Assembly: GCA_043228905.1 (NCBI GenBank)
Contig: JBHGNT010000020.1
Location: 14,818,001-14,882,000, forward strand
Direction: 5' to 3'
Source: Azolla caroliniana
Lineage: Eukaryota > Plantae > Polypodiophyta
DNA: 64,000 nt
The notes beneath the pieces were generated by a model. The model made no database searches, was not told the DNA's origin, and saw nothing but the letters and a program-made list of their open reading frames with translations. Positions 26,856-37,337 of the stretch are shown here, piece after piece; within the stretch, counting starts at the first letter, position 1; every line of letters starts with the position of its first letter. A program made the position numbers and the translations under genes.

Positions 26856-27119
26856 GGATTATTCCTGAGAACACTATAAAAGAAGGCACTAAGCATTATG
26901 TTGAACCAAATTGGTTCAACACCAGTCTTAAGCCTCTTAGTCGATTTGTACTTATCTTTCATATAATATAAGAGCTGCTGTCATCATCCTATTTCCCTCT
27001 CTCTCTCCTCTTCTCACTTCCTCTCTCTCGGGAATCTTACGCAGTCCCGTCCTCTTAGTACTAATAGTACTACTCTTCTTAGTACTAATTCCATCTCTGT
27101 TTTAGTACTATTCCTGACA

Positions 27120-27133
27120 GTTTGAACCAATTT
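27120..27133 (+). promoter_or_regulatory. Self-priming type PBS
   Basis: No TGG tRNA PBS; TTGAACCAATTT (27122-27133) is complementary to AAATTGGTTCAA (26908-26919), 33 nt after TATA. Confidence 0.75.
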
Positions 27134-27188
27134 TTTCCTCTAGCCTACTTGTCACTCTCCCTCATCCTCCTACCCTTTCCCCTATACT

Positions 27189-28346
27189 ATGGCTACTGTT
27201 AGCGCCCAAGAATACCAATCCGTTTTCTCCGAGCTACAGTGCCTAAAAGAAAAGTTTGTTGCCTTGGAACAAGAAAACCAACGGCTGATAGGGGATCTGC
27301 AACAAATCGCTCTAGAAAAACAACAAACGCAACAACAACATGGGGAGTTAGCGTTACAGGTACAACAACTCGAAGCAGCGTTGCAACAACAAGGATCCAG
27401 TCCCCAAGGATTTCATAAAGAGCCCAAGATTGGACTTCCTGTGAAATTTGATGGAACGCGTTCGCAATTTCGGGGATTCCTTAATCAGGTACGCTTAGTC
27501 ATCCAGATGCATCCTTCCCGATATCCCACTGATGCATCTCGAGTCGGCCTAATAGGCACGCTACTTAGCGGCTCAGCCTTGGCATGGTTCGCTCCGCTTC
27601 TAGAAAAACAATCGCCCTTGCTTAATAACTTTGAAGATTTTATTGGTGAGTTTAAAGCCTGCTTTGGAGACACCGACAGCATCAGGACGGCGATCAACAA
27701 GATCCGGCGATTGCGTCAAGGCGATCCTCCAGCCTCTGCCTACGCGGCGGATTTCCGCCTACTTGCTTTAGATATACCCTGGGATGATCAAGCACTAATG
27801 GAGCAGTTTCGCTATGGCTTGCGAAACGATGTCAAAGATCTACTTCTAACTTTCCCCCAAGAACCAAAGTCCCTTACGGAGGCAATCAGTCGAGCAGTTC
27901 GATGTGACAACCGCCTTTTTGAACGGCGTTCAGAACGTCAATTACAGATACCACGCTCTAGGCCAGAGCCCACTTACGCCGCAGTCGCGGCTAAACCGTT
28001 TGCACGAGACATACCTCAAGCAAATACTTCGACACCGATGGAGATCGATACCATGCGTCGACGCGGCCCGTTATCGGAAGAAGAAAAGCAACGACGACGT
28101 GCCAATCGATTATGCCTTTATTGCGGTGGACCAGGACATATCGCCATCAATTGTCCCCATAGGCCAAGAAGACAGGTAAATCAAATTGTCGCCTGTACTA
28201 AACCTGAGTCAATTCTTCCCTTCGGAGTGTCTGATAGTAGTAATAGTACTAATAGAGTGTCAGATAGTATTCATAGTACTAATAGCCCAAGTATCTCAAA
28301 TAAATTTGAAATCCTTAGTCAATTAGATGAAGAGTTAAACGATTGA
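27189..28346 (+). CDS. gag: Gag (coiled-coil N-terminus, retrotransposon capsid, CCHC knuckle)
   Basis: 385-aa ORF; KFDGTRSQFRGF, LRQG, CLYCGGPGHIAINC. Confidence 0.96.
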   Translation: MATVSAQEYQSVFSELQCLKEKFVALEQENQRLIGDLQQIALEKQQTQQQHGELALQVQQLEAALQQQGSSPQGFHKEPKIGLPVKFDGTRSQFRGFLNQVRLVIQMHPSRYPTDASRVGLIGTLLSGSALAWFAPLLEKQSPLLNNFEDFIGEFKACFGDTDSIRTAINKIRRLRQGDPPASAYAADFRLLALDIPWDDQALMEQFRYGLRNDVKDLLLTFPQEPKSLTEAISRAVRCDNRLFERRSERQLQIPRSRPEPTYAAVAAKPFARDIPQANTSTPMEIDTMRRRGPLSEEEKQRRRANRLCLYCGGPGHIAINCPHRPRRQVNQIVACTKPESILPFGVSDSSNSTNRVSDSIHSTNSPSISNKFEILSQLDEELND

Positions 28347-28389
28347 GTCCAGCCAAAATAGGAGCCATTTGGTTGGACAGCAGCCCTAG
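28334..28389 (+). promoter_or_regulatory. Putative -1 ribosomal frameshift signal
   Basis: G_TTA_AAC in gag frame, 6-nt spacer, 11-bp stem GTCCAGCCAAA/TTTGGTTGGAC. Confidence 0.8.
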
Positions 28390-31300
28390 ATCTGTACAGC
28401 CCATTAGTGGTTCCATTCCTTCCAAGCAAGTTAGCAATGTGTTCCTAGCCCAAGTCATTGTTAGTACTAAAAGTACTCCCCCAGTACCCGTCCTAGCACT
28501 TTTAGATTCCGGAGCTAATTCCTGTTTCATGGATCGAAATTTTGCCCAAGCTTCTCAGATATCCTTAAGAAAACTTCCTTGTCCCGCATCTGTAGTGGTC
28601 ATTGATGGTCGTCCCATTGCTTCCGGGAATATTGTAGAAGAATCAGAACCCATTCAAGTTGTCCTAGGTAGTTTTGTGTGTATAATATCATTTAATATAA
28701 TTAGTAGTCCAGAGCATCCCATTGTCCTAGGATTACCTTGGCTTGAGTTACATAATCCAGCCATAGATTGGAGAACAAGAGAAGTCCGATATCGACCACC
28801 CCAAGAATCAACTCGCCGAGTTTCGACCATTTCACTCCATCAACTACGCGAAGAAGGACCCAAGGAGGCAATGTTCCTATTTTCCATATCAGTACATCCT
28901 TCCAGCACTATTAAGAAGGACTCCTCAGTACAACTTCCGGCAAAATATCATCCTTATGCCGATGTATTTGACAAGGTAAAAGCCGGTACCCTTCCTCATC
29001 ACCGTCCCTATGACTGTCCCATCGATTTACAACCAGGAACCGAGCCACCATGGGGACCAATTTACAACCTGTCACCCACCGAGTTAGAAGTCCTTCGAGC
29101 CTACATAGAGGAGAACTTGGCAAGCGGGTTCATCCGTCATTCGAAATCTCCGGCCGGTGCACCCATCTTCTTTGTCAAGAAGAAAGATGGCTCACTTCGT
29201 CTTGTCGTTGATTACCGCGGATTAAATAAAGTCACCATCCGGAATAGGTATGCACTTCCTCTTATATCAAGTCTTTTAGAGCGAGTTAATGGTGCCAAGT
29301 TTTTTACTAAAATCGACCTACGCGGAGCGTATAATCTCGTGCGGATCCGACCGGGAGATGAGTGGAAGACCGCTTTTCGCACGCGGTATGGGCATTTTGA
29401 GTATACTGTTATGCCGTTTGGCCTAACCAATGCACCCGCAGTCTTCCAACACATGGCAAATGATATATTCAGAGACCTCTTGGATATCTGTTTGATCATT
29501 TATCTGGATGATCTGTTGATTTATTCGAAGACCCAGGAAGAGCACGACTCTCATGTACTATTAGTACTAAAGCGACTCCGCGAGAATGGTCTTTATGCCA
29601 AGCTAGAAAAATGTAGCTTTGACTGCAAGCAAGTGGAATTTCTAGGCTACGTCATCTCCTCAAAGGGCATCGCCATGGATCCAGCTAAGATCCAAACTGT
29701 ACTAGAGTGGCAAATTCCACGGTCGGTACGAGATGTACAATGTTTTCTAGGTTTTGCTAACTTCTACCGTAAGTTTATACAGGATTACTCGAAGATTATT
29801 TTACCTCTCACACAACTTACGAAGAAGGGCCAAGCATTTCTTTGGTCCATGGAAGCAGATATGGCTTTTCGGCATCTTAAGAAAGCCTTTACATCAGCAC
29901 CGATTCTAGCTCATGTGGATACAAGCAAACCATTCATCATGGAGGCCGACGCATCAGATTTCGCCCTCGGTAGCATCCTTTCTCAACAAGGTGATAAGGA
30001 AGAGTTGCATCCGGTGGCTTTCCATTCGCGCAAATTCGATGTCGCAGAAATCAACTACGAAATACATGACAAGGAGTTATTAGCCATCGTGGATTCATTT
30101 GTACAATGGCGGCATTTCTTAGAGGGCTCTCCACATCAGGTCATTGTCTTCAGCGATCATAAAAATCTTGCTTATTTTCAGAACGCTCGCGTACTAAATC
30201 GACGGCAAGCTCGGTGGGCGCAATTCCTCACGCGTTTCGACTTCAAAATCACATATCGACCGGGGAAGCAGCAAGGAAAAGCAGATGCACTATCACGACG
30301 TTCATATCTTGCACCTCGTCCTGGTGAAGCAACATTTGATAATCAAAAGCAAGTAATCTTGGGACCAACACGATTGCACACGACGCGGATTTTTCACACC
30401 CCGATGGATTCACGGATTACCGATGACATACGTGCAACCTTGAAGACGGATAGTTTTGCTCAAGACATCTTGGCGCACATTGATACTTCTCGGGCATCCT
30501 GTTCTCAGTCTCAACAACCAGGTATTGACTACCGACAATTCGAATATCATGATGGTTTGTTATTCTTTAAAAAGCGCGTATATGTCCCCGATTGCTCCTG
30601 TCGCCTTCAAATTGTCAAACATTGTCACGACACCCATACGGCGGGACATTTCGGTAGTACTAAGACGTTGGAGCTAGTGCAGCGATCTTTTTGGTGGCCC
30701 CACATGCGCCGTTTTGTCGACGACTACGTTCGGACCTGTGATGCTTGCTGCCGAGCAAAGATGCCACGACACCATCCATATGGCTTGTTGGAACCTTTAC
30801 CAATTCCAAGTAAGCCATGGCAGTCTATTTGTCTTGATTTTATCACAGATCTGCCGGTCTCGAAAGGGTTCGATGCTATCCTAACCGTCGTCGATCGATA
30901 TACGAAGATGGCACATTTTGTGCCATGTACTAAAGCCATCACTAGCGAGGAAACCGCCGCTCTTGTTATGCGTGAGGTTTTTCGGCATCATGGCCTCCCA
31001 GACAGTATTATCAGTGACCGAGGCCCGCAATTTGTCTCCAAATTTTGGCAGCATCTCTTCAAGATGCTCAAGGTCTCCTGCAACCTCTCCTCCGGCTACC
31101 ATCCTCAAACCGACGGACAGGCGGAACGAACAAACCAAACGCTGGAGCAATATCTCCGGTGTTTCCTGAGTTATCAACAGGACGATTGGGCCGAGATTCT
31201 CCACTTTGCGGAGTTTGCGTATAATAATGCTATTCACTCCTCGACTCGGGTCTCCCCATTTTTCGCTTATACCGGTTTCCATCCTCGCTGGTCGGTGATC

Positions 31301-31915
31301 GACACTCCGGAGCTACCTACCTACCCTCGTGCCGAGGATCATTTGGAGAGGCTACGCAAGATCCAGATGGATCTCTCTACTCACCTTCGTCATGCTCAAC
31401 ACACACAGAAGACTTATGCGGATCGTCATCGGATTCCCTCCTCTTTTGCCATCGGAGATCGAGTATGGCTCTTACGTCGTCACATCAAGACTACTCGACC
31501 GTGCGACAAGTTGGATTATCGACGACTCGGTCCTTTCCGTATTACGGGGAAGATTAATGATGTCACCTTCCGCCTTGATCTCCCTCCGCAGCTTCAGATA
31601 CATCCGGTTTTCCATTGTTCTCTTCTTGAACCTTATAAAGCAAACACCATTCCCGATCGTGTGACACCACCGCCGCCCCCACTGGAGTTGGACGCCGGCC
31701 CGGAGTATGAAGTTGCTGCCATCCTCGATTCCAAACTTGTTCGCAACAAACTCTATTACTTGGTCGATTGGCTCGGTTATAGTCCGAGCGAACGTACTTG
31801 GGAACCCGTCGAGAATGTTGCCAATGCACAAGATCTTCTTGCTCATTTCCACCGAAAGTATCCGGACAAACCCGGTCCGCAAGTAGCGCTGACTCGTTCC
31901 ACTCGTCGTCTTTAA
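28343..31915 (+). CDS. pol: Pol (PR-RT-RNaseH-INT-chromodomain) in the -1 frame, no own ATG
   Basis: 1190-aa ORF: LLDSGA, MPFGLTNAP, YLDD, DASD..ELLAI, HHCC, D..D(35)E, GPF, EYEV..W.GY..TWEP. Confidence 0.97.
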   Translation: MSPAKIGAIWLDSSPRSVQPISGSIPSKQVSNVFLAQVIVSTKSTPPVPVLALLDSGANSCFMDRNFAQASQISLRKLPCPASVVVIDGRPIASGNIVEESEPIQVVLGSFVCIISFNIISSPEHPIVLGLPWLELHNPAIDWRTREVRYRPPQESTRRVSTISLHQLREEGPKEAMFLFSISVHPSSTIKKDSSVQLPAKYHPYADVFDKVKAGTLPHHRPYDCPIDLQPGTEPPWGPIYNLSPTELEVLRAYIEENLASGFIRHSKSPAGAPIFFVKKKDGSLRLVVDYRGLNKVTIRNRYALPLISSLLERVNGAKFFTKIDLRGAYNLVRIRPGDEWKTAFRTRYGHFEYTVMPFGLTNAPAVFQHMANDIFRDLLDICLIIYLDDLLIYSKTQEEHDSHVLLVLKRLRENGLYAKLEKCSFDCKQVEFLGYVISSKGIAMDPAKIQTVLEWQIPRSVRDVQCFLGFANFYRKFIQDYSKIILPLTQLTKKGQAFLWSMEADMAFRHLKKAFTSAPILAHVDTSKPFIMEADASDFALGSILSQQGDKEELHPVAFHSRKFDVAEINYEIHDKELLAIVDSFVQWRHFLEGSPHQVIVFSDHKNLAYFQNARVLNRRQARWAQFLTRFDFKITYRPGKQQGKADALSRRSYLAPRPGEATFDNQKQVILGPTRLHTTRIFHTPMDSRITDDIRATLKTDSFAQDILAHIDTSRASCSQSQQPGIDYRQFEYHDGLLFFKKRVYVPDCSCRLQIVKHCHDTHTAGHFGSTKTLELVQRSFWWPHMRRFVDDYVRTCDACCRAKMPRHHPYGLLEPLPIPSKPWQSICLDFITDLPVSKGFDAILTVVDRYTKMAHFVPCTKAITSEETAALVMREVFRHHGLPDSIISDRGPQFVSKFWQHLFKMLKVSCNLSSGYHPQTDGQAERTNQTLEQYLRCFLSYQQDDWAEILHFAEFAYNNAIHSSTRVSPFFAYTGFHPRWSVIDTPELPTYPRAEDHLERLRKIQMDLSTHLRHAQHTQKTYADRHRIPSSFAIGDRVWLLRRHIKTTRPCDKLDYRRLGPFRITGKINDVTFRLDLPPQLQIHPVFHCSLLEPYKANTIPDRVTPPPPPLELDAGPEYEVAAILDSKLVRNKLYYLVDWLGYSPSERTWEPVENVANAQDLLAHFHRKYPDKPGPQVALTRSTRRL

Positions 31916-32343
31916 GGGGGAGATAGTGTCATGAGATGGCAAGACTCGAACCCATGACCTTATGGTATATGGGTCGAGCTCTTAACCATCTCACCATCTA
32001 TTGTAATTCATAGAATATTATTTTCATTTATGTTTTATTATAAGAAAGTAATGTATATTCCAGATTTCTCTGGAACATTCTAGAAGCTTCAGGATTATTC
32101 CTGAGAACACTATAAAAGAAGGCACTAAGCATTATGTTGAACCAAATTGGTTCAACACCAGTCTTAAGCCTCTTAGTCGATTTGTACTTATCTTTCATAT
32201 AATATAAGAGCTGCTGTCATCATCCTATTTCCCTCTCTCTCTCCTCTTCTCACTTCCTCTCTCTCGGGAATCTTACGCAGTCCCGTCCTCTTAGTACTAA
32301 TAGTACTACTCTTCTTAGTACTAATTCCATCTCTGTTTTAGTA

Positions 32344-35300
32344 CTATTCCTGACACTCACGGACGAAATGGTAGTGCACCTCAATGTGCTTGGTCCGTGC
32401 GTGGAAAACGGGGTTATTCGTGATCTGGATGCTGCTGAGGTTGTCGCAGTAGATCGTCGTTGGATCAGACACCTCCTCTTGCAGGTCCGTAAGTAGCCGC
32501 TTCAACCATATGGCTTTGCATGTCGCGGCACTCCTTTTCTTCCGCTTGGGCCTCGGTTGATTTAGCGTGTCTGAATCAAACATCCGAACCGACTCGGCTA
32601 CCTCCGATCGGTCTTCGCTCTCGTCCGAGTTGGCTGTCTCCAACTCGTCTTCGGTCTTCTCGCCCTCGATGGCGTCATCTTCCCAATGCGTGGTTGGCTT
32701 CGGCTCTCTCCTTCGGTTGCTGCCCTTCTGTCTGCTTCCGAACTTTTCTGCGGGTCCACCCTCGGCTTCTTCAACCGATCCGATGTCGAACTTGTCAACC
32801 GACTCGGTGTCGCGGTGTCCGCTCCGTTCCTGCTGCCTTGCTTGGTCGTTCGGGACTGTTCTCCCCCTCAAGTTCGGCACGTCAAGGTGACGCAAACTGA
32901 GCGCACCTGAGAATTGCCGCAACTTGTCCAGACCAAGAGGCTTGGTGAAGATGTCGGCAGTCTGCCGATCCGTCGGAACGTATTGAAGTTCGACTTCACC
33001 GGAAAGGACACGCTCACGGACGAAATGGTAGTGCACCTCAATGTGCTTGGTCCGTGCATGGAAAACGGGGTTTTTCGCGAGCTGGATGTTGCTGAGGTTG
33101 TCGCAGTAGATCGTCGTCGGATCTGACACCTCCTCTTGCAGGTCCTTAAGTAGCCGCTTCAACCATATGGCTTCGCATGTCGCGACAACCGCTCCTCGGT
33201 ACTCAGCTTCGGTGCTCGACAGAGCAACTGTCGGCTGCTTCTTACTGCTCCACGCGATCGCGGCACTCCCGAGGGAGAACGCGTATCCAGACGTGGATCG
33301 GCGATCGGCGGCGTTGCCAGCCCAATCAGCATCAGTGTAGCCGACTAACTACGCAGCTGCACCGGTCCGATATAGCAGTCCTCGGTCCTTAGTGCCACTT
33401 ACGTACCACAGTATGCGTTGCGCACACTGAAGGTGCTCCTCGGTAGGTCGCACCATGAACTGACTGATCACCCCGACCGAATAACTGAGGTCGGGTCGGG
33501 TGATGGTCAAGTATATGAGGCTTCCGACAATTTGTCGGAACCTCGTCGGGTCGCATACCTTTCCCGTATCGGGACGAAGCTTGATGGTTCTGTCCAGAGG
33601 AGTCGAGACGGACTTACAATCGGCCATCCCGAATTTGAAGAGCATACCCAACACATATTGACGTTGGTTGATCAATATGCCTTCGGGGTTACGGATCACT
33701 TCGATCCCGAGGAAGTAATGAAGGTCCCCCAGATCCTTCATGTCGAACAATGCCGCAAGCTGAAGCTTCACGCGGTCGATTTCACCTAGGTCAGCGCCGG
33801 TGATGACCAAGTCATCAACAGACAGTAAAATACTAACCGGCCCGAGTCAACCTTTCCGGATGAACAGGGAAGAGTCCGATTTTGTCGTGGCGAAGCCCAT
33901 CCGACGCAGTTGTTGCATGATCTTCGCGTTCCAGGCACGCGGGGCTTGCTTCAGTCCGTAAAGGGACTTCTTCAGTCGGCATACTGCCGAGGAGTTCGTT
34001 CCGGAGTGAAATCCGGGGGGCTGTACCATGTACACCTGTTCCTCAAGGCCACCTTGCAGGAACGCATTCTTTACATCCATCTGATGTAAGTGCCACCCCT
34101 TCGCCGCAGCTACTGCCAGCAAAACACAGACGGTCGTCATTTTCGCGACCGGCGCAAAAGTCTCATCGTAGTCGATGCCGTGTTTCTGTGCGTAGCCCTT
34201 TGCCACTAGCCGAGCTTTGTACCGGTTGACCGAGCCACCGGTGTTGTACTTGACTTTGTACACCCATCTACACCCGATCGGTTTTACCCCTCTTGGTGGG
34301 TCAACCAGGTCCCAGGTCTTGTTCTCCGCCAATGCGTGCATCTCTTCCTCCATCGCGGCACGCCAATTTGCGTCTTTAGCCGCTTCTACGTAGCTCTCTG
34401 GCTCACGCACCTCCACTACACGGGTCATGTACGCATAATGATGCGCCATGTACTCGTTGTTTCCGAACCGCAGAACAGGATTCTTCTAGCGGGTAGATCG
34501 GCGTAACCTCGCATTAGCCGATGTCAAGGCCTTCTCGGTCGACGTGGACTTCACCTTTAAAGACCCGTCACCGGTTCCCTTGGAGTCGGACTCGCGTCGG
34601 TCTGACTCGTTCCTATCAGTGTCGGAATCCGACACCTTCTTCTTCCCTTTCTCTTTGCGCGTAAGCCGTCTCCTCGGCTTCCTGCGCGGGGAATGCACGG
34701 CCGAGTCTCCACTACTCGCCGGTTCTTCATCAAACTGGTCGTACCGACTCAGTCGTCCAATCGGTCCACTTAAATGGAGCGAAATCGAACTCTCTTCGCG
34801 GGTCTCGATTTCGGGCTCATCCGGAGGCATCTCGGCCTCGCTGACCTCATCGTCAGAGCTCGGATTGGAATCAAGGTTCATAGTCGGGGGCAGGTACCAG
34901 GACGCGGACTCGTCAAACACAACGTCGCAGCTGACACGCGCTTGTTTGGTGCGAGGGTTATAGCACTTATAACCCTTCTGCTCGTCCGAGTAACCGACCA
35001 AGATGCATTTCTCGGCCTTTGCGTCCAGCTTCCTCCTTTTCTCCTTCGGTATATGCACATACGCAATGCTACCGGTTTGGCTTCGTTCCGAAATATAGCT
35101 CGTGCGCCGACACTTTGTCTCCGATCCGGTTCTCGATGTACACCGCGGTCCTTACCGCCTCGGCCCAATACAACTTGGGCAAGCTCTTCTCCTCCAGCAT
35201 TGCCCGTGCCGCTTCCACAATCGACCGATTCTTCCTCTCGGCAACGCCGTTCTTCTCCGGCGTGTATCTAAATTTAGTGGCCGAATTCCCATTTGTTGTA

Positions 35301-37137
35301 GATAACCGTTGAATTGACCAGAGAAGTACTCTTTCCTGCCATCCGACCCCAGGCACTTGATCTTTCATCCCATCTCTGTTACCACGAACCCTTTGAGGTC
35401 CCAAAAGCAGTCGAAGACTTCGCTCTTCCTCTCAAGGAGGTAGATCCACGTGTGCCGCGTGTGGTCGTCGATGAAGGAGATGAAATATCGGCTCCCGCCA
35501 AGACTAACGTTTTGTGTCGGCCCCCATACATCGGAGTGTATAAGGTCGAGCTTGTTCCGGCTCCGGTTTCACTCGTTGGGGAAAGGAAGTCGGTGTTGCT
35601 TCCCGATCTGGCAAGCTTCACAAATTTGTGCCTTTCGGCCACTAAATTTGGGCAATCCGAACACTACCTGTTTCAATTGGAGATCTTGAAGCCGCTGGTA
35701 GTTGACGTGGCCTATCCGCTTGTGCCACAAGTCGATGTCCGACTCGGTTTTTCTTCCATTCGCGAACATTGCGGTGCCGCCGTCAGTTGAGTCGAGGATG
35801 AACATCCTCCCGTCTCTACGCCCTTGCACAATCACACGACCTTCTTCCTCAATGAAGCACCCGAGGTGTGTAAACCGAACCTCCATCCCTTGGTCGACGA
35901 TCTGTCCGACCGAGACCAAGTTTTTCGTGATTGTCGGAACGTGCAACACGTTCATGAGTTTCCCTTTCTGCCCGACATGGCTAAGGGGAACTTCTCCGAT
36001 ATTCGCGATCGGATGCGGAGTGTCGTCTCCTGTTGCGACTACTCTAGGTTGTATCGGTTTTTCAAGGTACGAGAACCACTCCTTATGGCTCGTCATGTGG
36101 TTTGACGCGCCGGAGTTTGCGTACCACACCTCATCCGATCTCGGGGTGCTTTGTTTCATTGAGTTTGCTTCGTGTCTCATCACAAAGGTAGACCCTTCTC
36201 CAGCTCTCCCGGAGTCTTCGGCGTAGTGCGATCGCTGCCGATTTCCCTTGTTGGTATGTTTGGAGCCGTTTCCGGAACCGGTTCTCTCCGAATCGGCGTG
36301 CTTCTTCCAGCACTCACTTTCCCTGTGGCCTTTCTTGCCACAGTACCAGCACTCCGCGATGGCCTTCCCTTGCCGGTTCTCATCGCTTTGACTCCCCCTG
36401 TTTCCGGAGGGTCCGGAGTTGCTGTCGGCATCACTTCGGTGCTTTCTTCCTTGATCTCGTCGGCTGCCTCCATTGCGCACCAACTCGCCTCGTCCTCCAC
36501 GTCCACGGGGCCTATCTCCCTCCATATACAACATTCTGTTGTCGGTGTGCGTGCTCGTCGACGCACCCGCGTGGTTCTCCTCTACCAGGAGCATCGACTG
36601 TAAGTCGAAAAAGGACGGCGTATTCTCCCGGGTACACACAGTCGTTCGGAACGCTCCGAACTTCGACGCCAAACCTCCGAGACAAATCTGGACCATGTTG
36701 CTGTCCTCGATGTTCACCTCTATGGAAGTGAGGGAGTCGCAGATATCCTTGATCTTCGAGGTATAGTCCGCCACCGACAAGTCGCATTGTCGTAGGTTGC
36801 TCAACTCCTGTCGGAGCTGAAGCTTCCTGGCTGTGGTGCTCGCGGCGAAAATCTTCTTCAGATTTTCCCACGCACCCTTCGGCGTCTTTGCATCCTGAAC
36901 ATAGCTCAATAGTTGTTCGCCCACACACGACGCGAAGCAGTATAATACCCTGCTCGCCAATTGCTCCCACGATGGGAAGTCTCTGTGTGTCGATTCGGGT
37001 GCCGTGTCATTAGCTCCTTCGACATAACTCCAGTAGTCGTGCCCGAGCAGGTATTGGTGCATCTTGTAGGACCACGACGCGTAGTTGGTTCTGTCGAGCT
37101 TCTCTGTTGGAAGCGAGCTCGCCATGCCTCTATCCAT
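32344..37137 (-). pseudogene. Copia family B gag-pol, fragmented
   Basis: ORFs 35569-37137 (gag, CWYCGKKGH, PR), 34486-35058, 33847-34449 (RT), 33349-33810, 32344-33162 (RH). Confidence 0.93.
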
Positions 37138-37302
37138 CGTTCTTCTTGTTCTTCTTCGTCAAGCTGTGTCGGGTGCAGAGAGGTTCTCAACCCTCGCGCT
37201 CTGATACCATGTAGAAAGTAGTGTGCGGAAGCAAGTATGAAGACCGAACAGAAGGAGGGAAACTCAGGTTTAATGGAGAGCTTGAGCTTACACGGTATAC
37301 GC

Positions 37303-37337
<35 letters not shown>

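Larger units (their letters stand above)
26691..32355 (+). mobile_element. Tcn1-like chromovirus, copy 2: intact and very recent
   Basis: Two 429-bp LTRs (26691-27119, 31927-32355) identical by eye, TSD CTCAC, PPT AAGGGGGAGATAG, uninterrupted gag and pol. Confidence 0.98.
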
